From assembly GCF_009914755.1 (NCBI RefSeq), contig NC_060935.1: DNA of 64,000 bases; one strand, given 5' to 3'. The position numbers and the translations under genes were made by a program. The DNA comes from the human T2T-CHM13v2.0 reference genome, Homo sapiens. Numbering within the stretch: position 1 is the first letter of the stretch; each line of letters begins with the position of its first letter. This document shows positions 13,034 through 28,602 of the stretch, one piece after another. Below the pieces are notes generated by a model, which saw only the letters and a program-made list of their open reading frames with translations, did no database searches and was not told where the DNA came from.

Positions 13034-13724
13034 AACACTTTCTCCTCCAAATACACATCCACTGCTGTGATGATCTACTCTCAGTCTCTCTTGATTGTGA
13101 GTCTCTGAATGTGAACAAATAAAAGAATGAGCAAATGAATAAATGAACCTGATTCAAATATACAATATCACCAAGAGATGGCTATCTCAATTATTTCCTT
13201 TCTTTCACGTGCAGTAACTTCCTTAGATCTCAAAAGCTGGCAAGAAAATAGATTTAGGCCACATTCTGGGACCCAGGTTCCCAATGAGGTCTTACACTGC
13301 CATTTGGTTGGTTCGATGTGAGACTTTAAATTCAAGGAGTGGTGGACAGGAAGAAAACAACAACAATGAAAAACTTAGGTCGTCTAGCAGTGGTAACTGG
13401 CAGGGTTGCTGAAATGGGCAACATTGGCTTCCACGCCTTCAAGCAGAATACAACCTAACAAGTGCTTCTGTGTCAAAGCCTCTGAGGGTTAAAATTTCTC
13501 CCTTAAAATAGGCTGTTAGTGAGGCAAAGGGCAATGTTTCCACTTTACAAAGGAGTGAAGGGCTGGAACCCTTCCCTTTTAATTGGGTAGGTAGGAATCA
13601 GTGCCCAATCAAACTGTAAGAGAGCCCTCAGAGGGCAATCAAGATTCTGCAGTATGAGGTGCTCACCCAACTCCTAATATTCTGGATGATGTCCAGCATG
13701 GGAGCTAACTGAACATTTCCCTCA

Positions 13725-14245
13725 CTCACTTGACAAAGATTTATTGAGAGACTGGCACTATTCTAAGCACTGGAGGTGCAGCAAGGGAACAAGACAGAAA
13801 AACTTCCTGCCTTTGTGGAGTTCATATGGCAATGGATGGAAACAATCAAACTAAATAATAAAAATAAGTTTTTGAATACCAAATAATTAAATTATAACAC
13901 ATTGGAAGGTGATGAGAACTATGGAGGAAAACAAAAAAGGGAAGGGAGGAGAATAATAACTCAGGGAGAGTAGGAATTTTAAAGAGAGTGGTTAGGGTAG
14001 GCCTCATTGAGAAGGTGATATTTGAACAAAAACGTGACAGCGATGAGGAAACAAGCCATGCAGATATCCCAGGGTTCTGAGGTGGGAGTTGTCTGGCACA
14101 TTCAAGAAATGGCAAGGTGACCAGTGCTGGTACACCAGAATGCCCCCAGGAGAGCAGGAGGAGAGGAGGCCGGAAAGGACACGGGTAAGACTGTATTAGG
14201 CCTTGTGAGGACAGTAAGACTTCTGGCTTTTACTCTGAGATGAAG
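13725..14245 (-). mobile_element. L2 LINE fragment
   Basis: atttattgag...ggcctcattgagaaggtgatatttga...ggcttttactctgag pattern. Confidence 0.7.
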
Positions 14246-14367
14246 CAGCATTAAAGAAAGCCAGACAAAAAGGCAGCAAACATTTACTTGGTCCCTTCTA
14301 CACATGTGGCGCTGTACATACCTCTCATGGAATCCTCACAAAGACACTCTGAGGTAGGTCTTATGTA

Positions 14368-14652
14368 TTGAGACAGGGTCTCACTCCATTGCCCAGGCTG
14401 TAGTACAGTGACACAATCTCGGCTCACTGCAACTTCCACCTCCTGGGTTTAAGCAATTCTCATGCCTCAGCCTTCCAAGTAGCTGGGATTACAGGCGCCC
14501 ACGACCATGCCCAGCTAATTTTTGTATTTTTGGTAGAGTTGCAGCTTTGCCACGTTGTACAGGCTGGTCTTGAACTCCTGGCTTCAAGTGATCTGCCGGC
14601 CTCGGCCTCCCAAAGTATTGGGATTACAGGCATGAGCCACCACACCCAGCCC
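14368..14652 (-). mobile_element. Alu (S/J) with almost no A tail, inserted in a MIR
   Basis: TSD aggtaggtcttat at 14352-14364 and 14654-14666. Confidence 0.92.
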
Positions 14653-15099
14653 AAGGTAGGTCTTATTATCTGTGTTTTTCACATGAGGAGAGTGAGGCTG
14701 AGGGGGGCATTTGCCACCAAGCTTATGTCTGACTGGCATTTGCTGATGGTTGTGTCAGAATAAGCCAACCCAACATTGACATTTCATTTAATTCTTCTCT
14801 TCACACAGATTCCTCCAATCAGCGAGGCAGAACAAAACCCCTGTCTCTGTGGACCCTCATTCTCTGCTTAAGTATAAGAGACTCACCGACCCAGACCTGG
14901 CAGTCAGAACGGGGGCAACCTCAGTGCTAAACTGTGAGGGAAGAATTTTGGCTACTACAGTGTCTTGCATTCTCACCAGAGCCTCACAATAACCTCAGTA
15001 AAGAAGGGAGGGTAGGAGTGAATATACCCATTGTTCACAGATATTATTGATGTGTTCACAGGAGGAACTCCTGGGGCAAGTTCTCCTTGGGTTCAGCCT

Positions 15100-15660
15100 C
15101 TCCTACCCATCCTCCATTCAGCATGATGCTGAGTCATTTTTCTAAAACTCAGTTCTGACCAAGACACATTCTCAGGCTTAAAATCCTTCACCAACTTCCC
15201 ACTGACCATTGACTAAAACTCAAAATCCTTAAGCGGCCTGTAGGACTCTCCATGAACTAGCACCTGCTTTACTCTCCAAGCTCTTTTCCTTAGGCTCCAG
15301 CCATTCTGAAATTTTCCAGTTCTTCTTGCCTTCAGGCTTTTGCATGTGCTGTTCCTTCGTCCTGGAACAGCATTTCCCTGGTTAATACTTGTTAGGTCTC
15401 AAGTTACATGTCACTTACTGCACAAAAGTCTTCCCTAACCCCTCCAAGCCAGCTTAGGTGCCCCTCCTATGTGCTCAATTAGCACCTGACTTCATCAGTC
15501 ACAGTACTCATCACACGGTCTCAAATCCCTACCTACTCATGTTTGTCTCTTGCCAGTTTATGAACAAGGCTTGTGTCTCCCAGTGATTTGTATTCCCAGC
15601 TCTTGCCACTGTCTTGCATCTACTAGGCACTCAAGTGTTCATGAAAAAAAAAAATGATGA
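15100..15660 (+). mobile_element. L2 LINE fragment
   Basis: gcttaaaatccttca...ggcttttgcatgtgctgttccttc...aggcactca pattern; boundaries approximate. Confidence 0.65.
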
Positions 15661-17938
15661 ACACAGGTGGAAGGGGATTGAGCTTCTATTTCCCCCTGAA
15701 CATGAACATAGCTCTAGGGCCCATAAATGAAAAACTAGGTCAATATTATTCAATGGGTTCCAGCTCCAGATCTTTCACATCATTCTGTGGTTTGAATAAG
15801 TTGAATGACTTCTCTAAGTCTTGGTTATCTCATGCATATGATGGGTATATTCTCTTCCTTGTGGAGATTACTGTGAGGCTCTGGTGAGAATTCAGGACAC
15901 CGCAGAGGACAAAGAAGGATAAGGAGCAGCGGTAGAAATAGCAGCACAAAGGGAAATTGGAGGACTCCAAATGTGGACTCTGCTTAATTCATATTTTCCA
16001 TGTGTCAGCCCTACCATGCCACATCTATGAATACTAATACTCTTCTTGTCAATTGTCCAAAAGTTAAGCTAGAGAGAAAAACTAAGGCCCCACATAGTTG
16101 GTGCTTGCCTTTGATAGGCAGCAAAGAGTGGATCTGGGCTTCTAACTCTAATTCCAATTAAAATTCTAATCCCAGGTTAAAGTCTAATTAACAACCAAAT
16201 TTCCTTCCCAGCAGGCTCTGCTGTGAGGAGGGGCCCAGATAACACAGATAGCATCTTCTGCTTTCCCAGACAGTATTGTTGTACCAAAGGCAAGGAGTGT
16301 AAAACTTACATAAATGGTGACTCTCACATGATGAGGATTTCAGAAGACAGGCAAATTGTCCTGACAGTCCCATGACATCAAGAATGAAGGCTTCAAAAAA
16401 AAAAAAAATCCAGGCAGCAACAGAAGAGCAGTAATATGCCTGAGTTGGGGAGAATGCCGCCAGACAAAAAGGCCCTGATCAACAAGAAGGCTCATCCCCA
16501 CCGGAACACTTACGAAACCATTGTGCATAAAACTAAATGCTTTGTAAACTTCCTAGGATCACAGCAGCATCAAAGGATGGATGGAAGGAGAAGCCAAAGA
16601 CGGAACAAGTTGAATGTGACAATCAGAGACTCTTTGCTCACCTCCCTCTCAGCAGAAAGATTTCCCTCCAGTGTACCAGCCCGATGATCATCAGATCACA
16701 CTGCCAGGGCATCCATGCCTAAAGCTGCTAACTGCACAGCTGGGCTGCTCCGCTTCTCAGGCTCACTTGGTTGGACTTGCCCCTAAGTTCTTCACATTGG
16801 CTACATTTTACCCTGCCCACTTGAACCCCATTTAATTTATTCTCCCTTGCACATAATAGTTTACAAAAAAGATGTCATGCTCTCCCCACCTCTTCTTAGT
16901 TGAGGGGATAAAAAACTTTGTTGTTCCCTCAACTGTTCCTCACATGTTGTTCTCTAAGCCTCTCATGATCTTGGTCATTTCCCTCCAGACTGAAAAAATG
17001 CGCAGGCGGTGCTAAGCCCTTTACACATATTTTAGTTTAACCACTCTGACCACCATGCAGATAGGTATTCTCCACATCCCATGGAAGAGAACACTGGCGC
17101 TCAAGTTAAATAACTTGCCTAAGGCTACTCAACCAGGATATGATTTGAACCCAAGTCTTCAGATTCTGAAGCCACTATTTTTCATCTTTCACTGCATCAC
17201 TAATCCCCTACTTCTCAGAGAGATCACACAGCTGGTTAGGGGCAAAGATGACACTAGAACCCAAGTTTCCTGATTCCTAGACTGTTCTCTTTTCACCCTG
17301 CTGTTTCTCCCTCTGTACATTTGACTTTGTCATTTCTTATGGGCAACATGCATCAGCCCTCAAGGCATGGCATGCTCTTCTAAGGACAACTTGTTAGGAA
17401 TTAGAAAATGATCAGTCCCTTTGGATTTGGTTTATGGATAGACATGGAAAAGAGGATATGCATGAGATAGAGGGGAAAAAAGGCATCTGTGTCACCATGC
17501 ACCTATTTATATATGCCTACTAGCCTCTTAGAATGGTATCAATCCCTCGAACCAGAAACTATTACTGAAAGAACCTACATTTTATATGCTTAGGCTCAAT
17601 CAAAATGTTTTGTAATATGCGTACACAGAAATGTGTTTATACGAAAAGCAAACTTTGTCCACGCACAGTTGGGTAACAATGCTACATGAATATTTTGTTT
17701 CTGTGTGGTCAGAGTCTTCAGTGTTCTATTTTTAAAAAACACATAAATTACTCAATGTAGTGGGTGGCTTAAGTTGGGCTTCTTGAGAGGAAAGAATTGT
17801 CTTGTGACTGGTTCAAGGTAGCCTCTTAAAAAATAATAGTTGAATGAACAAATAAAATGAACTTCTTTATAAAGAGGTGAACAAGTGAAAGGATATAGAT
17901 AGAATAAGAAAGGATAAGCTATCCAACAATAGGTTGCC

Positions 17939-18291
<353 letters not shown>

Positions 18292-20349
18292 TCACTTTTG
18301 TAAGGATTCTTCCAAAGATGGAAGCCATCTTTCTACTTCATTCATCTCCTCCAGGTCCAGGCTGAGTAGCAGACAGCTAGTATCTTCTGGAAACTGGCTT
18401 GGTGGTCTCAAATTATGAATGAAGAGGGAAAGACAGGTAGAAAGACTACCTTATCTGACAATTCCCCCTACTCCTTAATCTCATATTCACACCTAACAAT
18501 AACATCCCTGGGTTTCTGAAAAGCTCATTTTCTGCAATTGCTAGGCCACAGGTTTAAACTTACAATACCCCTAGGAATAAAATATGTTAACCAAGCCCCA
18601 ACCAAGCGCAAGATAATGGGCTATGTGAGGAGACAGCATCACACATGACCAACCATAATACAAGTATGTCAGCTACTAATAAAGGAGGCACACACCAAGT
18701 GTCAGGTAGGCCACAGAGATTTAGGAAGGAGATAAAATGAGGTGAGCCTTGAAGGCTGTATTAGAGAAGGAGGTAGGCATTCTGGGCAAGAGCGCTGGAC
18801 CCTGAAACCATAAAGGTATTCAAAAAGAAGGCTGGTAACGGGAGTACAGGGTGTAAATGGGGCAAGTGACCAAGGTTGGACCCCAAGAGGCCTAAAGTGT
18901 CAAGGGGGGGAGTTTGAACCTGAATTTTTCATGCTTGCCAGTCTTGATAAATGTGCTAGAACCATCCTTTTAATCTATATTTTCTTGATCAGCATTCTAA
19001 GAAAGAAAAACAGTAAAGAAAGAAAAGATCTGAGGAAATGGGCAGCTGAAAGTTCATTTTAAACTTCATACCTGAGCTGAAAATTCAAATCATATGTAGA
19101 AGAGAGACGGCAGTCTACAAAAGGGGTGACTTATCTTTGACAACATATCACGAAGGACTTTAAGCCACATAGAACAGAGTTCTGATATTGCATGAAGCTG
19201 CTGCAAAAGCCACCATATCCATGGGCTTTTATTAACTACACAGCTTGGGAAGCACCAAGAGGCTTGCCTAAGTTCAAAATACCAGAGAGAAACTTCCTCT
19301 CTCCTTGGAATGGCAGCATCCACCGCAGGCCCAGATCTCATTCTGGAAGAGGGTAATTTGTATGCGCCAGAAGTTCTGATAATGTATGCCGTCCCCTGCC
19401 TCAGAGAGTTTAGATTCTGGAAAGGAGGGCAGATACTGAACAAGCCCAAGAAGTCTCACAGAGCAGAAAGGCAGTGGGCTATAAAACTTTTAACCAGAGG
19501 ATTTAATGTACTCTTGGGGAGCCAGGGAAGGCTTCCTTGAAGAGAAGTACGATCTCTGTCAACAGCACACTCTACAGTGACATCTAAATTGGGAGTGCTA
19601 TCACTTTCATTATATTCATGATTGCTTCAATAAACAGCAGTATTCAAATCTGGCTGATCAGCAGCAGATTCCCAGACATTGCTCAAGGCTTACTGAACCA
19701 AACTCTTCAAAGCTGATGTCCAGCAATCTGCATTTTCTAAAATGTTCCCACATGATGTGGATACACAGCAATTAGTCAAAGTTAAACACGCATATTTGTA
19801 TATCAATTGTTTTCAGCTGTTACAAGAGAAAACACATGAAACAAAGTAACAGTCAAATCAGAGAGTCATAACTAATTCTTTGCGTGGATGAGGAATCTGT
19901 GATGAAAAAGGGTTAGACCAATTGCTTAAGGTCACACAACTGCCTAACATTGGAGCTAGGACATGCAGAGAAGATCTCCTTTACCCTCTAGGACATACAC
20001 AATTTCAACGTAAATAAGGATTTGCAAACTGGCTAATAAATGGTTTGGGCTGCATTTCACAGCACCCCTAAAAGCCAAACACTGATAACAGCCCAAATTA
20101 CAGATGAATATCAGATTTAATTATTTTCTAGGTTTCAAATTCAAAGGAAGGGAGTGGAAGAACAAGCTGATTTATTAACTAGGCTGGAATTAAACTCAGG
20201 ATCATAAAGTTAACTGAACTGTAGCCATCACCAGCCCAGACTTTAAAAGGACCACAGAAAAACTCAAAGTGAGAAAGCCTCACTTTTGGTACAATCACAT
20301 ACACTCCTAACCAGACTGGGAATGAGGGACTCTCCCCAAATGTACCAAC

Positions 20350-20550
20350 TTGGGGGTTCCAAAAATTGGCTGTACATTAGCATCATCTGAAAAGATTTTT
20401 CTAAAAATACCAATGCCCAAGTCTCTTCATCCTCCCTCTCTCCCCCAACAATTCTGATTTAAATGGCCTGGGGTGAGACTCCCACCTAGGATATTTTTCA
20501 GAATGGTGCCTAGATGATTGTAATATGCAGCCAGAATTAAAACAATTTAA
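20350..20550. mobile_element. MER5-type hAT-Charlie DNA transposon remnant (a second one at ~19635-19780)
   Basis: ttggctgtacattagcatcatctg...ttctgatttaaatggcctgggg...taatatgcagccag pattern. Confidence 0.6.
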
Positions 20551-20579
20551 CCGGTTCTCTCCCACTTCTAGCTTCTGCT

Positions 20580-20834
20580 CAAATCCAGGACCTATAGGTG
20601 AAGCAAGCAAGGCACCCAGAGCACAAAATACAAAGAGGCAAGGTCACATGAGCTCAGCACTATGCACCTGCAGCACTCTGAGAATTAGTGTCTCCTTAAG
20701 AGCAAGACACCCAGGGCACATAGTTAGACACTCACTATCAGGGTACTACAAGTGAGCATCAGCACTTGCATGACCTTGTCTCCAAGGACTTTGTGCTCTA
20801 GGCACTTCACCTGCCTCAGCCTAGTCCCAGACCT
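20580..20834. mobile_element. MER91-type (hAT-Tip100) palindromic element
   Basis: Imperfect terminal inverted repeats: aggtgaagcaagcaaggcacccagagcacaaa and tttgtgctctaggcacttcacctgcctcagcctagtcc. Confidence 0.6.
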
Positions 20835-21830
20835 GCTCAATTCCATCTGGTCAGGCCAAATTGCCCCACTAAAGATGCACTGAGCTCCTACTGTGTGCAA
20901 GATCTTCCTTGATCCTTACCATCCTCTAAAGAGACACTGATTTTGAAACTAATACAGGTAAATAATGTCTACTATATTCATTTTCTATACCCCCAATAGA
21001 AGAAGTGTTGTGATGTAGTAGAATGCACTTGTAGCTTTGGAGTCAAAAGATAATTGAAAGTGGATTAATCTATTAGTTCTTTGGCAGTTTCCCTAATGAC
21101 TCTCGTTTGTTTCTTCATCTATTCAACATGGGCAGCAAAACAGATCTACCTTACAGGGTTACCATGAGGATGACATTATGCTGTAAGTAAAATGGCCTGG
21201 GACACAGTAAGTGCTCCATAAACACCTAATGACAATACATAAATCCCCAACATTTCACTAACTCAATCCCTTTCCATGCCATTATAAGGTTGGAGAACTA
21301 CTTCTGCTACCTTTTCTATTTACCTCACTAGACTGTTTCCTATCCTCTAACCTCCTACACCATTTTAAGAATGAGTCAAATTCTTGGTTTCTGCAAGCAC
21401 ACACACTCCCACCCCCTGCTGCAGAGACCTTTGAGGAGGGTTTTTTAAATCTTCTAAATTTGAGATGGGGTATTGGTAGGAGAAAAGTTGGGTGAAAGGA
21501 TCTCATTCTTCAAACACAAGAATTCTCCTAAATCTTTCCATCTTAGGCCTGGACCCCAATCTCAGAGAATCAAAAGCCAAGAGTTTGATATCTTGGTCTC
21601 TGGTTCTGCAGTAACAGCCCTCCTCTAGCTTCCTCCAGCAGTGGGCAGAAAGGCTTTGGTAACCTGTGTCTCCAGCATATAGCAGGCGCCTCATTTATTG
21701 AGTAAATGAAGAAGAGGAAAAAAAAGATCATTAAGAAAAAAAGCAAAACAATTCAATGGAATACAGAAAAGGCCAAAAAAGGGCTGTGCAAAAAAGTTTG
21801 ATAAGTTATGTTCCATAAGTATGTTAATTC

Positions 21831-22301
21831 TATGGTAGGCAGAATAACAGTCCTCCAAAGATACCCACATCCTAATCCCTGGAACCTGAAGATATGCTGC
21901 CTTACATGGTAAAAGAAACTTTGTAGATATCATTGTTAAGAATCTTGTGGGGAGATTATCCTAGATTATCTAATGAGGCCCAATGTAATCACAAGGTCCT
22001 TATAAGAAGGAATTAGAATAGTCAGAAGGAGAGAGAGGAGATATGAGGCTGAAAATGTTGGAGTGATGTGTTTTGAAGATGGAGGAAGGGGCCATGAGCC
22101 AAGGAATGCAGGCAGCCTGTAGCAGCTGGAAAAGGCAAGGAAACAGATTCTCCCCTAGAGCCTCCTGAAGGAATTCAGCTCTGTTGATCTCTTGATTTTA
22201 GCCTGTAAGATCCATTTCAGACTTCTGACTTCTAGAATTATATAAGTTTGTGTTGTCTTAAGCCCCTAAGTTCATCACAGCAGTAATAGAAAATTAATAC
22301 A
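21831..22301 (+). mobile_element. MLT1C/D-like solo LTR
   Basis: ggtaggcagaataa...cctaatccctggaacctg...ggaaacagattctcccctagagcctc...taataca. Confidence 0.85.
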
Positions 22302-22344
22302 CAGTCTGAGGACACGATGTTACTTATTCATCTCTGAGTCCATC

Positions 22345-22866
22345 TGTGAGTTGTGCCAAACCCCTATTGACTCCAACAGGGATGGCACCCAGTTTAAGAG
22401 GCTGAAGAAGAGACCCAAAGCCTGCAAATGAAACATGGGGTTTTATCAGCGGCTTACATACAGGGAAGAGAGTCCAGTAGCGGTGGGCTGGACAGGAGAA
22501 CCACCAGTCCAGTGGCAGCAGGCTGGACAGAATAACCGCACAGGCCCGTGGTGGTAGGCTGGGCAGGAGAACCACAACCACTTGCAAAAACACGCAGTTT
22601 ATGTAGCATTTTCACTTGGCACCCTTCCCCTAACAACCTCCACCTGGCAACCATCATTTAACCCAAAACAAAGGGCCTCATTTCACAGGACAGCTGGGGG
22701 CTCAGATGTTCCTCATAGATAAGGAATAGATCTCCAGGTTGGCCACTCCCAGATTCATTAGCTCAGAACTCTGAACACACATTCTGGTAAATCTGCCACA
22801 CAGTCATGCTCAGGGTGTGCTCAAGTCAAGTTATTGCTGTTGGATTCGTATTGCATCTGCTATACA
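22345..22866 (-). mobile_element. ERV1-class solo LTR (family not assigned)
   Basis: TG...CA termini, near-TSD catc/aatc, internal ~35-bp tandem repeats typical of U3. Confidence 0.7.
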
Positions 22867-24495
22867 AATCCCTAGCATGCTGCCTGGAACCTGTTAACTA
22901 AGTACATCCTCATAAGGAACTCTGAGGTGACACTATGGATGCTTTCCTCTCCTCATCCTAAAAACCAATCATTGCCAGACTGAACCTGTGCAATCTCCCT
23001 CCAGTACAACTCTTTCTCCCCTTGTCTACCACTCATGTAGGCGGATGTAATTTTCTCTGAACATGGCTTCATTCACTCCTGGTTCTCCCTCATTTCTGTC
23101 TACCATACACAATCCAGCTAGACTCATATCCAAAGCACCACTCTCATCATGCCATGCCTTGACTCGAAAACCTTCCCAAGCACTTCCCTGATGGCAGAGA
23201 AGTCCAAATTCCTTACTCCAGTATTGGCATCCTTCTCATTTCATTCCAAGTTCCCTATCCAATCTTCTTTCCTACAGGACCATTCCTACCCCTTGAACTA
23301 CAGCCCATCCATTCCCCACATATCACCTGTACACTATCATCGCCAGACCATTGTTTATGCCATTCTCTCTACCTGGAATGTCTTTACCTTTTATCTGCAC
23401 ACATCCAACCCTTTCCTATCACTCAAGTCCCAGTGTAAATGACACCTCCTCCATGAAACTGCTCCTGCAGCCCATTTCCCCTCACAAATACCCCTACCAC
23501 AAGCAGGCAACATTTTCTCTTTCACTGAGCCCAATAATACTTATCCGTACATCTCTCATCTGAAGTAGGAAAGAGCCCAGGCTCTAGAGTCAGATAGACC
23601 CGAATATAATGTGGCCCTATTATACAAGTTACTTAGCTTCCCTGAGCCTCGGGTTTCTCATCTGTAAAATGGGCATCATACCTATCTTACTGAGTTGTCA
23701 AGAAAATTAATGCTTATATATAGGTACCCAACACAGTAATTATTCAATAACTAACATTTTGTAACTTATAGATATATCAAATTCCCACTTCTAGACTCTT
23801 TGAGGGAAGGATTTTTGTCCATTTTTAGCCACACTGCACCTGATACATAGTAGTGGAAAAAAACATAAATAGTTACCAAAGTGTTGAGAGCATCTCTCGA
23901 GACTTCCTGACCGGTGTAGTCTAAGGATGGTTTCACCTTTAGACACTTCAGAGAGCAGGGGAGAAGCACACTGGATCTCTGCGATCATCAGTGTTCAATA
24001 TAATTCTTAAAATGGAAACTTGGCAAGACTCCCTGTCTTTGGTTAATTAACGTAAATGAATGTAAACAACTATTCATCCCAACCAACAGTAATAAAGTAA
24101 TAAATCAGTATTTCTTTCATTAGCATAAGTTACATACCGTTAGTTTAATGTCACTGAGTTCTAGCTCAGACAACTGTTGTTTCAGAGCTGGGGGGACAAA
24201 GCTCACGTTTATTCCATCCTGTTTAGAAACCCCATGCTGTGGATTCTCCTTCATTCCTTGGTTGTGTATGCAACAGAATTCCCTCGCTTTCAAGGCATTC
24301 CCTGAACCACTTTTACACTGTAGGAGAAACTGGCCCTTTTTCCGCAGTCTAGTTGGCAGTGTCATGAAGGAAAAAGAACGTAAGATTTAAAGTCACAAGA
24401 TCTGGTTTGAAATCTGATTACCCACTTACTAGCTTGGTGACCACCAACAGCATTTGCTTGAGCCTTAGTTTGCTCATCTCTAAAATTGAGACTAA

Positions 24496-24885
<390 letters not shown>

Positions 24886-27800
24886 GATCCATTCTCCTTC
24901 TAACATAGCATGATCTCTAAGCAGATACCCATAAATTTGGTTAAGAAGAAAGGTTCATAGCACAGTCTAGAAGAAATGAAGAATGCTTTTACTTCGCCTA
25001 TCTTCATATATATAGTTCCTGAGACACAATAGGAAGTAGTATTCTACTTGTAGAAAACAAATAGCCACAAGCATGCTCCCATTGAATAAGTCTTAATGAA
25101 TATCTGACTTGCTATCTATGAAGTCCTATAAGGTTGTATTACTAAATAAAAGGTGCTATTACATGGTAGTTACACCAGTCAGTCAGCACCAACTCTGCCC
25201 AGGCATTATGTCTCTGAATCTGCAAAATCCAGTCATCCTTCATGATAGCTGTCATATTCCAGAAGGACCTTCACTATGCGTATGAAGGCAGAATGACCAA
25301 CCATATCTAAAACTCCATTTAACATTAGATATCAAAATGGGCAGCAACCAGCCCAGCCCCAGTTTTGTTTTCCCCAAACTCCAGTCCCCTTACTTATATC
25401 TCAGGCCAGCCTGAGCTCAGACTCAGTATAATGCCTCACAGAAGGATAAAAACCCTAATGAGCAAATTTCATAAAATATTCAGCTGGCCTTTTGGAGAAA
25501 AACAGCTGGAGCTAACCTTAGGAATTCCACTAATTCCCCCTACCACACAGCCTAAAAATAGCCAAAGAGCATTTCTTGCTAGTGATGGCCTTTCCTTTAA
25601 AGGAAATAATATGCAAAAGGCATGCTGGGGTCATTAGCCCAAACCATGCAGTCCCCATGATAAATCCTTGGCCAAATGTTCCTATGAGAATCTGCCTTCA
25701 TAAGGTCAACACTGAAATTTCCTTGGGAAGGTTCCCTTCTCCCTACTTCCCACTGTATAAAAGACATAGGTTATCAGCCACTAATTCCCTGTATGGCCAT
25801 GAGTGTTTCACTTTCCTTTCCTTTCCTTGGCCTCAGTTTCCACATCTGCAAAAACAAGAGGGCTCAGTTCTGACCTCTAAGGTCTTCTGCCATTGTAAGA
25901 CTCCCTGGCAGGTACAGTCAATGGCTTCACTGCCTTCAGGATAAAATTCAAACCACTCAGCGTTACATTAGCCCCTCCAGATCTACACCCTGACTTCCTT
26001 TCCATTTCTCCCGACACAGTACCTTGAAGTTAGTTCTTTAAACTTACCTTTCACACCTCTGTCTTTAGAACATGCAGCTCCTTTTGCCTGCAAGGTCTTT
26101 CTCCAGCTTCTTAAACTCCTAGTCATCTTTCAAGACAGAGTCCAGGTGTCACCTCCTGTCGGAAGATGAGTCTAGCCCCTTCCTGATAAGTGGAGTTAGA
26201 GTCTCCTCCTCTTTGGTCTCACAGGACTCGGCATTATATAGCAACTGTCTGTTTCCTTATCCGTCTCCTTTATCAGCCTGAGCTCTCCTGGAAGAAGGAG
26301 ATGCCATGTTCATCTCCTCTGTATTTCCAACACCTGACCTGTGCCCGCCACTCCATGTTTGGTGATATTGTTCCAAATTCCATCAAAGTACCACATTCAT
26401 TTTATAGTGTTATTCCAAAAGACCAGAAATTTATTTTTTCAATAAATGTTTTCTCTATTCAAAAAAGAAAGTAAACTGTCTCTAAGCCTTTGCCTTATTA
26501 GGAAAAAATATATAGCTATTCAGATTTATAATGTAATCTTTGCAGAGCTGAAAAATATATATTAAATTTGTCCCTGAAAAACCTCTCTTTAAACCAACTA
26601 AACCATAGTTCTTAAAAAGGCAATTCAAAGTTAGAAATGATGTCCAGCTATGTGGTTTTTTTCTTTTACCAAGAGGAAGGAAAATCTCTAAAAGGAATAA
26701 ATTATACACTAAACTTTCTGAAAATTCTCAAGCCCTGGAAATTCAGATGAAAGCCAGCAAGAAAGAATGTGATATTACATAGAAAACCAAAAAGCCTTGT
26801 TCACTACTAATAACATTAAAAGTTATGTGCATATATTATAGAAAATAAAAAACTAAATTAATGCAATTAATTGGTAGGACTTGAATTTTATTGAAGAATT
26901 AGAGAAGGAACTGACATTTAATCTTTCTCCAATACCTTTTTTAATCTTTACACACATTTTCTCTACACCATAAGGCAAACCAGCAAAGTAGGCACCATCA
27001 CCCGCATTTTATCAATGAGGAAACTGAAGTTCATGGATCTTAAGGGACTTCATTAAATTCAAATTGCTTCCAAGTAACACAGTTGGGATTTGAACTCAGG
27101 TCCACCTAGCTCCAAAGTTCTGACATAACAGGAAGAGCAGCAGTAAAGGTGGAAGAAAAGGCCAGGTACACAGTGCCCTGCAAAGGAACCCCAAGAGGCA
27201 AACAGGAGCTGGGGTTTCCCTCAAACCCCTACACACCCCAAATACCGAGCTTTGCAAGATAGAATGTTGTTAAACTTGATGTGAAATGAGACCAGTTAAA
27301 AAGGAATTTTTATTTTTTACGTGATCCCAATTTAGAAGCTTATATAAATAAACTCAAAGTGTGGAGAGCAAGCAGGAAGTATGAGGTTATAGCATCAGCA
27401 AATCTATTTCTCCTATACCCTCATGAACAACAAAAATCCTTGCACTGATCTGGACAAGAGCTTTATAGTATTAATCAAACCTTAAACCCTTCCAAAGGCA
27501 GGCACAAATGATCATTAGTACTTCATTAATTAGGGTCAGCCTGTGCCCTGCCTAGAGCAGTTGAAGATCTGGGTTCTGGTCTTCGCTCTGCTACTGAAAA
27601 CTGAAACTCTTTGTTTCACTCACCTCTCTGGGTGACTTCACCTGTAAAATGAGGCATTTGGACTCTGATCTCTCAGGTGCCTTCCTGTTTTTTTTTTTCT
27701 CATGGACATAAAATCAAATGACAAAATGAATGCCAACACCATCACCAAGCTAGCTTAGGGAGAAAGAGATGAATAGGCAGACTACTGGAGAAAAATGTCA

Positions 27801-28175
27801 CCCTGCTGCCCAGTGCAAAGCCTTTTTAGAAACTAAACACTTTTCATAAGACATCACTACAGTGAAGGAGAGAATAATTAGGAAAATAGGGTATAAAACC
27901 TAACAAAAGTCTTTCTTTTCTTCTTTCTGTCCCTCCCTCCCTCCTTCCTGAATGACAGTATCCTCTGTTTGGGATTAAGCTAGGCACAATGGGTACAACT
28001 ATTAAGTCCTAAGACCTGGTTCCTGTTGTGAAGAACATATTGGCCCACAGCAATAATAATAGCTCCCATTTGTACAATGTTGGGGGTTTACACTGTACTG
28101 TAGCACACGTACTCTTCACAACCCTTCTTGGGAGGTAGGTAGAGCGGATAGGAATAAGTATCTTCATAATCCCCC

Positions 28176-28476
<301 letters not shown>

Positions 28477-28602
28477 CACCCTTTTATTGATATGAAAACT
28501 GAGGTTCAGCAAGGTCAACTGGCTTAGCCAAGATCACACAGGTGTTAAGTGACAGAGCTGAGAACACATTTGTAAAGGAAGAGAAGAACTAAAAGCAATG
28601 GG

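Noticed and set aside
22471-22575. CRISPR-like repeat array
   Set aside because: Degenerate tandem repeats with no unique spacers, inside a eukaryotic LTR
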